From a virus (lineage: Duplodnaviria > Caudoviricetes): 34,690 nt of DNA. This document shows, piece after piece, positions 9,183-18,624 of the stretch (position 1 is its first letter; each line of letters opens with the position of its first letter). Position numbers and translations under genes: made by a program. The notes under the pieces are model-generated. The model was given only the letters and a program-made list of their open reading frames with translations, did no database searches and was not told the origin of the DNA. The stretch spans positions 1 through 34,690 of IMG/VR virus record IMGVR_UViG_3300011339_000248; one strand, written 5' to 3'.

Positions 9183-9728
9183 TTATTTTATTTGATTTTC
9201 TTTAATACTTTTTAATGCCTTATTGTATTGTTCTAAGGTAGTATATTGGCTGATTCTATTTGCTATTGAATCTTTGGTCGTACTATCATATATTGTGTTT
9301 TCTAATAATACAATAAGTTCCAATCTTTTTTCTTCACCTAATTCATCTTTATGCTCATTAGTAGCATCAGAATCTTTAGTGTCATCTATTGCAAATAAAC
9401 CATTTAAAGCATATTTTCTTGCATAACTAGATGCGCTGCCTGTTATCTGTGCGGCATCCATACCTTTTTTAACTTCTTCTTCCCTTGCCCAACCGCTTAC
9501 ACTTATGCTATCATCTGTACCATCAAGTAAAGTTGCAGTTGCTTTTACATAAATCCTATCACCTACTTGTACTATTTCATCACTAACTACTAAAGCATTT
9601 CCATACTTACATAAGATAGGTTTTACTGCTTCTACAATATCCTCTGCACTTCTGTATTTATATTTACCAAATGCATTGGTTTGATTTTTTGGTGCTTTTA
9701 ATTCAGCTTGAATTTTTACTAAGTTCAT
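9183..9728 (-). CDS. erf: ERF-family ssDNA annealing recombinase
   Basis: IQAELKAPK...FGKYKYRSAEDI; Q.TGSASSYARKYALNGLFAIDDTKD; start set at MNLVK. Confidence 0.92.
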   Translation of the reverse strand: MNLVKIQAELKAPKNQTNAFGKYKYRSAEDIVEAVKPILCKYGNALVVSDEIVQVGDRIYVKATATLLDGTDDSISVSGWAREEEVKKGMDAAQITGSASSYARKYALNGLFAIDDTKDSDATNEHKDELGEEKRLELIVLLENTIYDSTTKDSIANRISQYTTLEQYNKALKSIKENQIK

Positions 9729-9747
9729 AGTTTTTGTTTTTATAAAG

Positions 9748-10023
9748 TTACTCAATTTCTGCCATTTTATTATATTCTATTTCTGCCTGATGCTGCATCC
9801 ATTGTCCGAATGTAAACGCATCATCTTCATAATCATAACCTGCAAACAGGGTTGGCTTTTTGTTATAGAATTTAAAATAATCATCTATTGATACTAAGGT
9901 ATTGTTTACATTAACTCTGCCTTTGTATTGCATTTGCCAATAGATAAAAGTATCTAAAGCATCAATAGTTTCTGTACCATATTTGGCACATAGTTCTGTG
10001 TAGGTGTGTAGTTCTTTTTGCAT
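9748..10023 (-). CDS. Hypothetical early protein
   Basis: ATG after A-rich leader (MQKELH...). Confidence 0.65.
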   Translation of the reverse strand: MQKELHTYTELCAKYGTETIDALDTFIYWQMQYKGRVNVNNTLVSIDDYFKFYNKKPTLFAGYDYEDDAFTFGQWMQHQAEIEYNKMAEIE

Positions 10024-10033
10024 ATGTTTGTTT

Positions 10034-10252
10034 TTAATTAATGAAATGTTCCCAAGCATTATTTGGTAGTTTATTATAAGCAGATAGAAAATAAGTATCT
10101 AGTTGTACTATAATACCATATTTAACATCACTTACATAAAATAAATTTTCCAATTCATTTTTTAAGTCTTGTACTGCTAATGGGTATTTATCAACAGATT
10201 CTTCAATTTGATTTAAAATTTCAGGCTTTAATTTTTCTAGTAGATTTTTCAT
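10034..10252 (-). CDS. Hypothetical early protein
   Basis: ATG after A-rich leader (MKNLLEK...). Confidence 0.65.
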   Translation of the reverse strand: MKNLLEKLKPEILNQIEESVDKYPLAVQDLKNELENLFYVSDVKYGIIVQLDTYFLSAYNKLPNNAWEHFIN

Positions 10253-10262
10253 AGTTATTATT

Positions 10263-10472
10263 TTAATTATATTGGCTTTCATTTATTGATTCAAAAATAC
10301 TTTGCAAGTATTCAAAAGTTACATACTTGTCAAGGTCTTTATTTTCAAAAATTAATTTTTTAATAAAATTCAATCTTTTGTTTGCAAATTGCTTTTCACC
10401 TAATAAGATTTCGTGTTGAGCATCTGATAAATGACTTGCAATCGCCATAGATAATTTGATTTCCATTTTCAT
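10263..10472 (-). CDS. Hypothetical early protein
   Basis: First ATG downstream of the promoter at 10514-10545. Confidence 0.65.
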   Translation of the reverse strand: MKMEIKLSMAIASHLSDAQHEILLGEKQFANKRLNFIKKLIFENKDLDKYVTFEYLQSIFESINESQYN

Positions 10473-10513
10473 AAGTTTAGTTTTTTTTGGTTTGTTATCA
10501 ATCAATGACATAA

Positions 10514-10606
10514 CGAAACTACAACTTATCTACATACTATCCAAGTATTATGTACTAAATTCTATTAAAATATGATGAACGGTAAATGGGACTGATGAAC
10601 GGTAAA
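10514..10606 (-). promoter_or_regulatory. Bacteroidota-type early promoter with upstream double box
   Basis: CTTG-N20-TAGTTTCG; TGATGAACGGTAA at 10573 and 10593. Confidence 0.7.
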
Positions 10607-10642
10607 TTGTCCGATATTTTGTCCGGACAGAAAACCGGACAA
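10607..10642. repeat. Imperfect 36-bp palindrome built from TGTCCG units
   Basis: TTGTCCG-atattt-TGTCCGGACA-gaaaac-CGGACAA. Confidence 0.6.
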
Positions 10643-10656
10643 GCCAATAAAATTAG

Positions 10657-10926
10657 CTATTTGCTGCCATCCTGCAGGGGTAAATGCTTACTATTGTCTA
10701 CCTGTCTATAGCCTAAAGACCATAGCATTTTGGTAAGGGTAACACTTTTTTCAACTATCTGTTCTTCTGAATCTTCAGGATTTAACAGGTGGAAAATTTC
10801 GTGTATGATAATTTCCATTTTCTTTCTACCCTTTAATCTAGGGTCTATATATATAATGCCATCACTTTCAGCTATGCCGTGTGCCTGTTCTCTGCCTAGC
10901 TTTTTATATACTATTTTTATTTTCAC
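10657..10926 (-). CDS. Small HExxH zinc metalloprotease-like protein
   Basis: G.A......IYID......MEIIIHEIFH. Confidence 0.7.
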   Translation of the reverse strand: MKIKIVYKKLGREQAHGIAESDGIIYIDPRLKGRKKMEIIIHEIFHLLNPEDSEEQIVEKSVTLTKMLWSLGYRQVDNSKHLPLQDGSK

Positions 10927-11108
10927 GACTTCATTAAGATTTCATCAGGTCTATCCATTTCTATTAACTCTACCTTTTGACCACCTCTTATTTTTGCTAA
11001 GATTCTTCTGTATTCAGTCTCAATAGAATGTATTTCCTGCAACTTGTTGTTAAAATAATTTTCTTGCTCTAGTAGTGTCCATTTGTTAAAACCTTTTGGC
11101 ATTTTCAT
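10923..11108 (-). CDS. Hypothetical protein
   Basis: 61-aa ORF coupled to neighbours. Confidence 0.6.
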   Translation of the reverse strand: MKMPKGFNKWTLLEQENYFNNKLQEIHSIETEYRRILAKIRGGQKVELIEMDRPDEILMKS

Positions 11109-11289
11109 TTTGTTTAGTTTTTATAATTTTTTTTAAATAAATAGCTAAGTCTAGTGCTTCTTCATATGCGTGCTGCAACCAATCCTGTTCACTTAAATCA
11201 GTTCTATCCATTGTAGTACCATATTCTTTTAATCCTTTATCTTCCCTTAGTAAAAGGTCATCTATGATTGAGTATAATATCCTGCTCAT
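11086..11289 (-). CDS. Small all-alpha NTP-pyrophosphatase (MazG)-like protein
   Basis: R...G.K.YGTT.DR.DL....WL.HA.EE..D...Y. Confidence 0.55.
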   Translation of the reverse strand: MSRILYSIIDDLLLREDKGLKEYGTTMDRTDLSEQDWLQHAYEEALDLAIYLKKIIKTKQNENAKRF

Positions 11290-12023
11290 TATTTGTCAGT
11301 TTTTGAATGGTATTTATTACAAGTATTGCATTTATATTGTATCCTAGTTAAGCCTGTTGCAGTAATTACCTTGTTGTTTCTTATTAGGTCATCACTTCCA
11401 CATTCAGGGCAACTGCCTCTATCGTGTCCAAATGCTACTCCATAATGTGTTTTAGGTTCTATATGCAAAGATAAAGCCTTGTGAACTTGCTCCAATAATA
11501 TTACATCTTTTTTGCAGTATTTAATCATTTTCTCCATTGCAACCTTATCCTTTTTTAAAAGAATATCTTTCCATAGAGAATACTCTGTTTTAATCTTTTG
11601 ACCTAAGCCTAGATAATCTGCAATATAATTAAGCCTATTTGAATTAAACCTAAACTTTTGCCTAGCTACTTTTAATGTATCAATGGTCAAGTACTTTGGG
11701 AACATATCTATTTTGTGAAATAAGCATCTAGTTCTAATCCAAGCTAAATCAAATTTGTCGCCATTATGCCCTACTAGTTCTGTTGCAGTATTTGCTACTT
11801 CTATAAACTTTTGTAGCATTGTTTTGTCATTCTGCTTTGCATCCCATTGTAATGCGTAAACTTCTTTTTCTTCTTCCCATTTATAACATATACATATGAT
11901 TGCCCTTTCTTGTATAATGTTTGAATAGTCTATGTTTTTTTTATATCCTGCCTCCCAAAATAAGCCAATGTTAGGACTTGTCTCAATGTCAAAGAAAAGC
12001 CTTCTGCGTTTTGTTTTTAGCAT
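11289..12023 (-). CDS. RNase H-fold 3'-5' exonuclease (YprB-like) with C-terminal Zn ribbon
   Basis: FDIET, GHNGDKFD, IDTL, YC.KDV; CPEC...CNTC. Confidence 0.85.
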   Translation of the reverse strand: MLKTKRRRLFFDIETSPNIGLFWEAGYKKNIDYSNIIQERAIICICYKWEEEKEVYALQWDAKQNDKTMLQKFIEVANTATELVGHNGDKFDLAWIRTRCLFHKIDMFPKYLTIDTLKVARQKFRFNSNRLNYIADYLGLGQKIKTEYSLWKDILLKKDKVAMEKMIKYCKKDVILLEQVHKALSLHIEPKTHYGVAFGHDRGSCPECGSDDLIRNNKVITATGLTRIQYKCNTCNKYHSKTDK

Positions 12024-12481
12024 TATATTTGTTTGTAGTGTGTAATTCCATTTGTTTTAGTTGCTTGTAAAATCTGCCTTCTGTGTCTATCTGAATAAGA
12101 AACGTGAACCCAAAAAGGATTCAATACATTACCGAATTCCCAAATCAATTGGTCAAATGGTAACTTATCTTTTATAAAGTTAAATATATCTGCATTGGTT
12201 ACATCATAGGTTGTACCATCCATATCTATGTCAATAGCTTGTCCTAATGAATGTTGTGATGTATTAGACCCCCCAATTTTGGCATTTAATTCCTTTGACC
12301 TATAACCACTTGAAATTAAGATAGGGCATCTAAAATTGGCTCTAATAGGCTCAAATATGTTTTCTGCTAATAGCTTTAAATTAGCTATATGTTCAGGTGG
12401 TGGCATATTAGTTATGCCATTACGTTTAGCTGATTCACTACGAATTAATTCTGCTAACGTAAGATGTTCAGAAATGACCAT
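12023..12481 (-). CDS. Endolysin, peptidase M15 family
   Basis: SGYRS..LN..IGGS..SQH..GQAID...WVHVS. Confidence 0.92.
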   Translation of the reverse strand: MVISEHLTLAELIRSESAKRNGITNMPPPEHIANLKLLAENIFEPIRANFRCPILISSGYRSKELNAKIGGSNTSQHSLGQAIDIDMDGTTYDVTNADIFNFIKDKLPFDQLIWEFGNVLNPFWVHVSYSDRHRRQILQATKTNGITHYKQI

Positions 12482-12966
12482 AAAAATCTTTTAATTAATA
12501 TGAATCCAATTAAAATGCCTAATAAACCCCAAAAACGACCCCTCCACTTTTTGCTAGTGTTTATACTATCTTGCAAAGAAGTCTTATAAAAACGTACAGA
12601 ATCCTGTACAATTCCTAGCCTTCTTGTATCTACAATATACCCTGTGTGAACTTTATGAACCGTAACTGTCTTTACTATTGTTTTAGGTTGTTCTTTAATG
12701 GTTATATATTCAATCCCATTAATATTGACTGTATCTGTTTTGTAGTTAGTAATGGTATCAACAAGTAAGGTAGTGTCATTTTTTGTAATTATGGTTGTGT
12801 CATTAGCACAAGGTCTTGTTTTCTCTAATTCTCTAAATACCCTTTCACTACTTTGTATATCATTTAAAACCCTGCGTTCTGCCTTCATTATTGGGTTACA
12901 GGCTGAAATAAGTAATATGATTAAACATATTAAATAAATAATAAATATCTTACTTTTGTTTCCCAT
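12454..12966 (-). CDS. Putative unimolecular spanin
   Basis: N-terminal lipobox ISAC, beta-rich middle, C-terminal TM helix; next to endolysin. Confidence 0.7.
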   Translation of the reverse strand: MGNKSKIFIIYLICLIILLISACNPIMKAERRVLNDIQSSERVFRELEKTRPCANDTTIITKNDTTLLVDTITNYKTDTVNINGIEYITIKEQPKTIVKTVTVHKVHTGYIVDTRRLGIVQDSVRFYKTSLQDSINTSKKWRGRFWGLLGILIGFILIKRFLWSFLNILR

Positions 12967-13147
12967 ATCTAGTATCGTGTGGATTTAGATAGTTAACAAT
13001 TATAGGCAGGACTGATATAACTCCTGCGCTAATACATTCTTCTAATGTAATTAAATAAATATTTCCTTTAGAAATTATCATTGTAATAACTGCAGAAATA
13101 AATACTTTTATCCAACTACCATATAAACTATTTAGGAATTTCATCAT
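12950..13147 (-). CDS. Putative holin
   Basis: Two TM helices, ends YLNPHDTRYG; in lysis cassette. Confidence 0.7.
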   Translation of the reverse strand: MMKFLNSLYGSWIKVFISAVITMIISKGNIYLITLEECISAGVISVLPIIVNYLNPHDTRYGKQK

Positions 13148-13319
13148 CTTTAAACTTTTTAGTTGCATTGTAATAATAACGAATAGCAAAAATACCTGAA
13201 ATAATAGCAGTCAAACCTGCTACCAAAGTTACAAAAGGTTGTACCTGTGTTAGTGTTAAAGAAGCTGCAGTTAGACTGATGCCTGTATTAACTAATGCTT
13301 GACTGCTATCTTGTGTCAT
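13128..13319 (-). CDS. Putative holin/antiholin
   Basis: 63 aa, hydrophobic helix and charged C-terminus. Confidence 0.55.
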   Translation of the reverse strand: MTQDSSQALVNTGISLTAASLTLTQVQPFVTLVAGLTAIISGIFAIRYYYNATKKFKDDEIPK

Positions 13320-13472
13320 CTAATCTTCTTTTACTTCTGTTTGTACTTGTTGTGGATTTTGCTCCTGCGCTAATTTACCCAAGAACTGCAATAATGGTAA
13401 GCCATATTGAGTTGGGATTTGATTAATAAATTGCTCTAATTCTTTAACTTGTTGCTCGTTTAATGTAATCAT
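13320..13472 (-). CDS. Small hypothetical protein (50 aa)
   Basis: Hand-translated MITLNEQQVKELEQFINQIPTQYGLPLLQFL...; abuts next ATG; TATATTTG at 13491-13498 upstream. Confidence 0.7.
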   Translation of the reverse strand: MITLNEQQVKELEQFINQIPTQYGLPLLQFLGKLAQEQNPQQVQTEVKED

Positions 13473-13526
13473 ATTATTTTATTTTATTCACAAATATACT
13501 TATTATCTAAATATGTTTATAATTTT

Positions 13527-13853
13527 TTATGGATTCGTAAAAGGTAAAGGCAATGTGACAATCGGTGGGTTAACTTGATTCTCTATTTGAGCATCTAAGT
13601 TTAGGTCTAAAGCCTCTACATCTAAAGAAGCATCCAACCAACCACATACAATTTCATAAGTTAAGTCGTCATAAGGTATAAAGTTAGTAACATCATCCTT
13701 TGAGAATGATTGGCTACCATATACCGAAGCAAAGTACTCTTTGTCATTGATTGTTTCTTTTGCTAATCTCGACCAATGTGCTACCACAACGAAGTCTGTT
13801 AAATCGCCATCTTGTGGAACGCAGTCTAATTGATTGATGTACCAGTATTTCAT
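13527..13853 (-). CDS. Tail-fibre-associated acidic protein
   Basis: FIPYDDLT.E.V.GW...QI..Q.NPP....PLP pattern typical downstream of fibres. Confidence 0.7.
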   Translation of the reverse strand: MKYWYINQLDCVPQDGDLTDFVVVAHWSRLAKETINDKEYFASVYGSQSFSKDDVTNFIPYDDLTYEIVCGWLDASLDVEALDLNLDAQIENQVNPPIVTLPLPFTNP

Positions 13854-13855
13854 AT

Positions 13856-14104
13856 TTATAAATTTTCTATTTCTTTTTTAACTTCTTCCCAATATTTGTA
13901 TGGTATCACTGCTATTATATTTGATGGTAGCTCATATCTAACAACATCCATAATATCATCGTGATATTTAATTAGTTCATCTACTGCTATTAATGCGCAA
14001 TTTTTTACGTATGGTATAGATGAAACTCTATCTATTGGACTTTCAATTTTTATCATACTAAAATATTTATGATATAATTCTTGTGCTTTTTCTTTAGGTG
14101 TCAT
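13856..14104 (-). CDS. MxPKEKA-family small protein (paralog of 32752-32958)
   Basis: PKEKAQEL..KY / C.LIAVDE / YW.EVK.EIENL. Confidence 0.75.
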   Translation of the reverse strand: MTPKEKAQELYHKYFSMIKIESPIDRVSSIPYVKNCALIAVDELIKYHDDIMDVVRYELPSNIIAVIPYKYWEEVKKEIENL

Positions 14105-14127
14105 ATAGTTTTTTTTGTAAAATTATA

Positions 14128-17100
14128 TTATTTAGCTGCAATTAATGCTTTTAATTCTTCTATTTGTGCTTGTTGTTCTTGGATGCTTTTTACTAATAAC
14201 GCAACCATATTTCCATAAGACAATGCGTCTGGAGTGCCATCTTCTGCATATTGCACAAATTCAGTCAATCCTAATTCGTGTATTTCCTCTGCTATTAAAC
14301 CAGCATAAGTTTGTGTTTCAGTTTCATTAATGCTATTATAAGTAACTGGTCTCATTTGCATAACCTCTGCTAATCCTTTAGTATAATTTTCTACATTCTT
14401 TTTATATTTAATTGAAGATGTTGAACGAGCAAAAAATCCATTACTATCAATTTGCATATTAGCACCTAATCCAGTAGTATTATTATAAGTAGGTAATGAT
14501 TTTAATATACCATCACTTGATATTCTTAATCTTTCTGTAGGAGCACCACCATTTGTTCTTGTTCCAAAAGATAGATAAGCAGCAAAATCTCCAGCAGTTG
14601 AATTTTCTTTACCACCTTTGATATAAGAAAAAGTATTAACGAAAGAACTTGTACCACTAAAATACCCTGCAAAAGAAATACCACCACCAGAATTTGTAGT
14701 AGCTGAATTAGTATCAAATACTCTTATTGTAGTTGTAGTATCTCCTTGACTTACATTACCTCCATCAACTGCTAATTTAAACCCTTGAGTATCGGTTGTT
14801 CCAATTCCAACGTTGCCACCGCTTGTGATACGCATTCTTTCGGTATTGTTAGTACCAAATAATAAAGCATAAGAAGCGTTAGTAAATATGTGTGCATAAG
14901 CATCAATCATTTGCATTCTTAATCCTGCTCCTATTGTAGTATTTGTAATTACAATATCATTAGCATTTTGAGCACCTGCTATCTCCAATTTATAACTTGG
15001 GCTACTCGTTCCGATTCCTACGTTGCCACTTGAAGTGATTCTTACTTTTTCACTATTATTTGTTTCAAATGTCAATGCAGTATTAGATACGTTTCTAATT
15101 CTTGCATAACCATTTGCATTATCATAACCCATTAACAAACCATAAGTACCATTATTATTTGATGCAAAATATGCTTGACTTGATGCACCAGCATTAATTT
15201 GAATTGGTAATAAAGCATCTGCTATTGCAGTAGCACCTCCAGCCGTTACACTACTTGAGAATGTAGCAGCACCAGTAGAGGATATTGTAAGTCTTGCAGC
15301 AGAATTTGTTGAAAATGCTAAAGTATTAGCTGCACTTCTATACATTCCATTTGTAGGTACAGTTGAATTAGTTGGAATAAATGCATCAGCAGAAACATAA
15401 CTTGTTACAGTTAAAGGATTTTGCACATTTAATGTATTAGCTATAAAAACACCTGTTTCAGCACCTTGACTTATTGAACTATTTTCTATTGTATTTGTAC
15501 CGCTAAAAAGTGGTATGTATGTTGCAGTTCTTGTACCTGTTCCTGTAATAGGATTTGTTAATAATGGTTGGTATGATGTTGAATCAACTGAACCATCAGC
15601 CTTTAAGAATTGGCTTGATGTACCACCGCTTTTAATAATTGACGTTGCAGTTACGCTACTTGAAAAACTTGCACTCGTTCCACTCAATGCACCAGTAAGT
15701 GTTGTAGGAGCATTTAAATTAATTGTAGTTGCATAAAAAGACAAAGGAATATATGCTGAACCAGCACTATTTTCTGCATTAATTCTTGCTCCTATACTTG
15801 GATTCCAAAAAGGGAAAAACTTTAAATTACCTGTTGAACCAATTAATTGTGTTGCAACTCCACCATCAAATGTTGTAAAAGTACCTGCATTATTTACACC
15901 TGCTCCACCTGCTATTAATTGATTTGCCGTAAGGCTATAAACACCCAAATTAACATTTGTAGTTGCTCCAGTATAAGGAACAAGACCTGTAATTGAAGGT
16001 ATATTACTTGTCAATGCTATTGTACCTGAAGCAGCAGGGAATGTGTAGGTTTGAGTTGAGTTATTAAACTCTAATTTAGCAATACTTGAATTATCCCTAA
16101 TAACAATATTATTAGTTGTAGCATCTGAATAAATATTAGTTGTACCACTACTAAATGCTAATGGTGTATTTCCTTTGTTAATATATGCACCATATTGCAT
16201 ATTAATACCAGATGTATTTGTAAAACTTGCTAATCCACTAAATGTTTTTGCTCCGCTAAATGTTTGCGTTCCTTCTAAAAGTGCTAAAGTACCTGATAAG
16301 TCAGGTAGGGTAAATGTTTTAGCAGTTCCTAAAGCAGTTAAAGAAGAAAAATCTAAATTAAACCTTTTAGCAAATGATGCATCTTCCCAATAAAAAACAA
16401 ATTGTTGTAAAGTATTTGTTGCAATAGTGCCATAATTTATGCCAGCAACATTTATAGTATCATTTTGCTTTAAATGTAATGAACCACTTGAACCAGCATT
16501 TCCATTAGCCGTTAAAGTTTTACTTGATAAACTAAAAAATCCTAAGTCAACATTAGCCGTCGCACCTGTATATGGCACTTTACCATTAAACGTACTCCAA
16601 TCGGTAGAACTTAATTTACCAGTATTTGTAGCCGAAGCCACAGGTAGGTTAAAAGTATGTGTATCGCCACTTGAAACTATCGCAAAGTTAGTTCCACTTG
16701 TTCCTGTGGTTAAGTATTGTGATTGGTCAGTTAAGTTATTTAAAGATGCCAACCCCTTTGAAAAGGTAGTTACCACTTGACAAAGCCTGTTATCTTCTGT
16801 GTATAATGTTACTGTCTTAGAAGCCACGTTTGCATAAATCCTAATAGCTAATCTATCTGTAACAGATAAAGCAGAAGTAGGCATAGCCACACTTGTATAA
16901 TAAGCATCAACAGTTGTTGTGTTTGTTAATTCTTCAGGTGTAGCAGAATTGGTAGCTAAAAGAGTAAAAGTAGAACCGTTATATTTATAAAACTCTACAT
17001 AGAAAGAAGCTAAAGCACCACTAGATGCACTTACATTCATAAAAAATTCTATGTTCCAATTACCACTAGGTATTTGAACTACATCAGGGTCGTTTGCATC

Positions 17101-17553
17101 TGTAATAAATTGAGCAATCAAGCCATTAGAAGAAATTGAAAAATTAGTACCTGTCCCAACAATAGCATTCTTACTCATTTGATAATAAGTAGAACCACCA
17201 AAAGTACCTTGATTGACACTACCATTAAGATAATAAGATACAGAACTACCACCACCTGTTGAAGTAGGGAAGGGTGCTAAAGCACCATCACCTCTTACAT
17301 ATTGATTAGCAGAACCTGCAAATCCTATATTAATAGTACCTGCAGTTGTAATAGGACTACCTGTGATATTTAAAGCATTTCCACTTTCTGTAACCGCTAC
17401 ACTTGTAACAGTTCCTGTAGTTTGAAATAAATCAGCTATCTGTAGTAATGTAATTTTTTTAGAAACACCTGTTATAGGGTCGCCAATTATTGTTAAGTCC
17501 GAAATTGCAGGAGACATTTCAGTCGCCAACTGATTTATTTTTTTAGATTCCAT
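14128..17553 (-). CDS. Tail fibre with C-terminal intramolecular chaperone (peptidase S74)
   Basis: G/T/S-rich, RITS.GNVGIGT repeats; SS.KYKKN...GLIAEE...LVKSIQEQ coiled coil. Confidence 0.92.
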   Translation of the reverse strand: MESKKINQLATEMSPAISDLTIIGDPITGVSKKITLLQIADLFQTTGTVTSVAVTESGNALNITGSPITTAGTINIGFAGSANQYVRGDGALAPFPTSTGGGSSVSYYLNGSVNQGTFGGSTYYQMSKNAIVGTGTNFSISSNGLIAQFITDANDPDVVQIPSGNWNIEFFMNVSASSGALASFYVEFYKYNGSTFTLLATNSATPEELTNTTTVDAYYTSVAMPTSALSVTDRLAIRIYANVASKTVTLYTEDNRLCQVVTTFSKGLASLNNLTDQSQYLTTGTSGTNFAIVSSGDTHTFNLPVASATNTGKLSSTDWSTFNGKVPYTGATANVDLGFFSLSSKTLTANGNAGSSGSLHLKQNDTINVAGINYGTIATNTLQQFVFYWEDASFAKRFNLDFSSLTALGTAKTFTLPDLSGTLALLEGTQTFSGAKTFSGLASFTNTSGINMQYGAYINKGNTPLAFSSGTTNIYSDATTNNIVIRDNSSIAKLEFNNSTQTYTFPAASGTIALTSNIPSITGLVPYTGATTNVNLGVYSLTANQLIAGGAGVNNAGTFTTFDGGVATQLIGSTGNLKFFPFWNPSIGARINAENSAGSAYIPLSFYATTINLNAPTTLTGALSGTSASFSSSVTATSIIKSGGTSSQFLKADGSVDSTSYQPLLTNPITGTGTRTATYIPLFSGTNTIENSSISQGAETGVFIANTLNVQNPLTVTSYVSADAFIPTNSTVPTNGMYRSAANTLAFSTNSAARLTISSTGAATFSSSVTAGGATAIADALLPIQINAGASSQAYFASNNNGTYGLLMGYDNANGYARIRNVSNTALTFETNNSEKVRITSSGNVGIGTSSPSYKLEIAGAQNANDIVITNTTIGAGLRMQMIDAYAHIFTNASYALLFGTNNTERMRITSGGNVGIGTTDTQGFKLAVDGGNVSQGDTTTTIRVFDTNSATTNSGGGISFAGYFSGTSSFVNTFSYIKGGKENSTAGDFAAYLSFGTRTNGGAPTERLRISSDGILKSLPTYNNTTGLGANMQIDSNGFFARSTSSIKYKKNVENYTKGLAEVMQMRPVTYNSINETETQTYAGLIAEEIHELGLTEFVQYAEDGTPDALSYGNMVALLVKSIQEQQAQIEELKALIAAK

Positions 17554-17977
17554 TTGTAGGTATTTGACAAGTATCGTTTAATGAAGATAATGTTAATGAA
17601 AAATCAATCTTTACACCTGCTAAATAATCAGGGTCTGATTCAGTATAAAATGTCATTGGCATATTGTCATTAGCAATCCAATTATATTTAGGGTCTCTAA
17701 GTTCAGCTACCAAATCTTGACCTACTAAAGTCATATCACTTAATACTTCTGTTTCGTTTGTTTCTTCCATCAACATCCTATCCATAACATAGATAGAAAA
17801 ATTATATTGTATTTGCTTAGCTAAAATTTGGGCATCAATTAAAGTAAAAAACATAGCAGGATAAGTTACCTCACCATTGCTTAATCGTTCCCATACATCA
17901 CCAAAGTAAACAAATTTAATTTGCTCGTGATTGTTTGCGAATGTTGTTATTTGTTTTACTATTTGATTTAGTGTCAT
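17543..17977 (-). CDS. Tail terminator/completion-like structural protein
   Basis: YPAMF motif, acidic, 144 aa, in morphogenesis block. Confidence 0.55.
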   Translation of the reverse strand: MTLNQIVKQITTFANNHEQIKFVYFGDVWERLSNGEVTYPAMFFTLIDAQILAKQIQYNFSIYVMDRMLMEETNETEVLSDMTLVGQDLVAELRDPKYNWIANDNMPMTFYTESDPDYLAGVKIDFSLTLSSLNDTCQIPTNGI

Positions 17978-18044
17978 TCTTTTTACTTTTTTCTAAATAA
18001 ACTTTTAGCTTATTTTGATTCTTAATGTTCGCTTCTTTGCTCAT
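17916..18044 (-). CDS. Small basic hypothetical protein
   Basis: MSKEANIKNQNKLKVYLEK... starts 1 nt after upstream stop. Confidence 0.4.
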   Translation of the reverse strand: MSKEANIKNQNKLKVYLEKSKKNDTKSNSKTNNNIRKQSRAN

Positions 18045-18045
18045 A

Positions 18046-18621
18046 TTAGCAACCTATTTTACCTTGATATTTTTCTGATAAAGGTTTTTTACTATCATAA
18101 CAACTATCATCATCTAAATAAAGTGATGTTGTATAACCTTCCAAATCAGGAACTATTGTATCAATGCCACTTGTGAAATTTAAATATTCAGGGAACAATG
18201 TATTATTTTGTCTTAAATATTTTATTAATCTTTGTTTGTAAAACTCTGCTCTAGTTCTGTATCTATTAGCCACATCAATCATATCTTGCATTGATGGGTT
18301 TTCTGTATTATCACCTGACTTTCTTAATAAACCTTTATTGTAAAATTGATATGATAACCCCATAGGGAGTTCACTCATTACATAATATATAAGACAATCA
18401 GTAACATAATTATTTAATAATGCTTGTTCATTAGCATTCAAATTTGAACCGTTAATACCTGCCTGTAATCTATTGTATAATGTACTACCTAATGCAGGCA
18501 TTATATACATATCTTGTGCAGTCTTGATTTCAGGTAACACTAATTTTTCATCAACATTTGCGTGCAATCCTGTTCTGTCTTTGATACTTTGTACCGATAT
18601 AAATAATGTATTTAATGACAT
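18046..18621 (-). CDS. Head-tail adaptor-like protein
   Basis: Follows portal; AQD.YI...LG..LY motif. Confidence 0.65.
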   Translation of the reverse strand: MSLNTLFISVQSIKDRTGLHANVDEKLVLPEIKTAQDMYIMPALGSTLYNRLQAGINGSNLNANEQALLNNYVTDCLIYYVMSELPMGLSYQFYNKGLLRKSGDNTENPSMQDMIDVANRYRTRAEFYKQRLIKYLRQNNTLFPEYLNFTSGIDTIVPDLEGYTTSLYLDDDSCYDSKKPLSEKYQGKIGC

Positions 18622-18624
18622 TTC

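Noticed and set aside
14128-17553. Diversity-generating retroelement or invertible tail fibre
   Set aside because: No reverse transcriptase, invertase or template/variable repeat pair seen.
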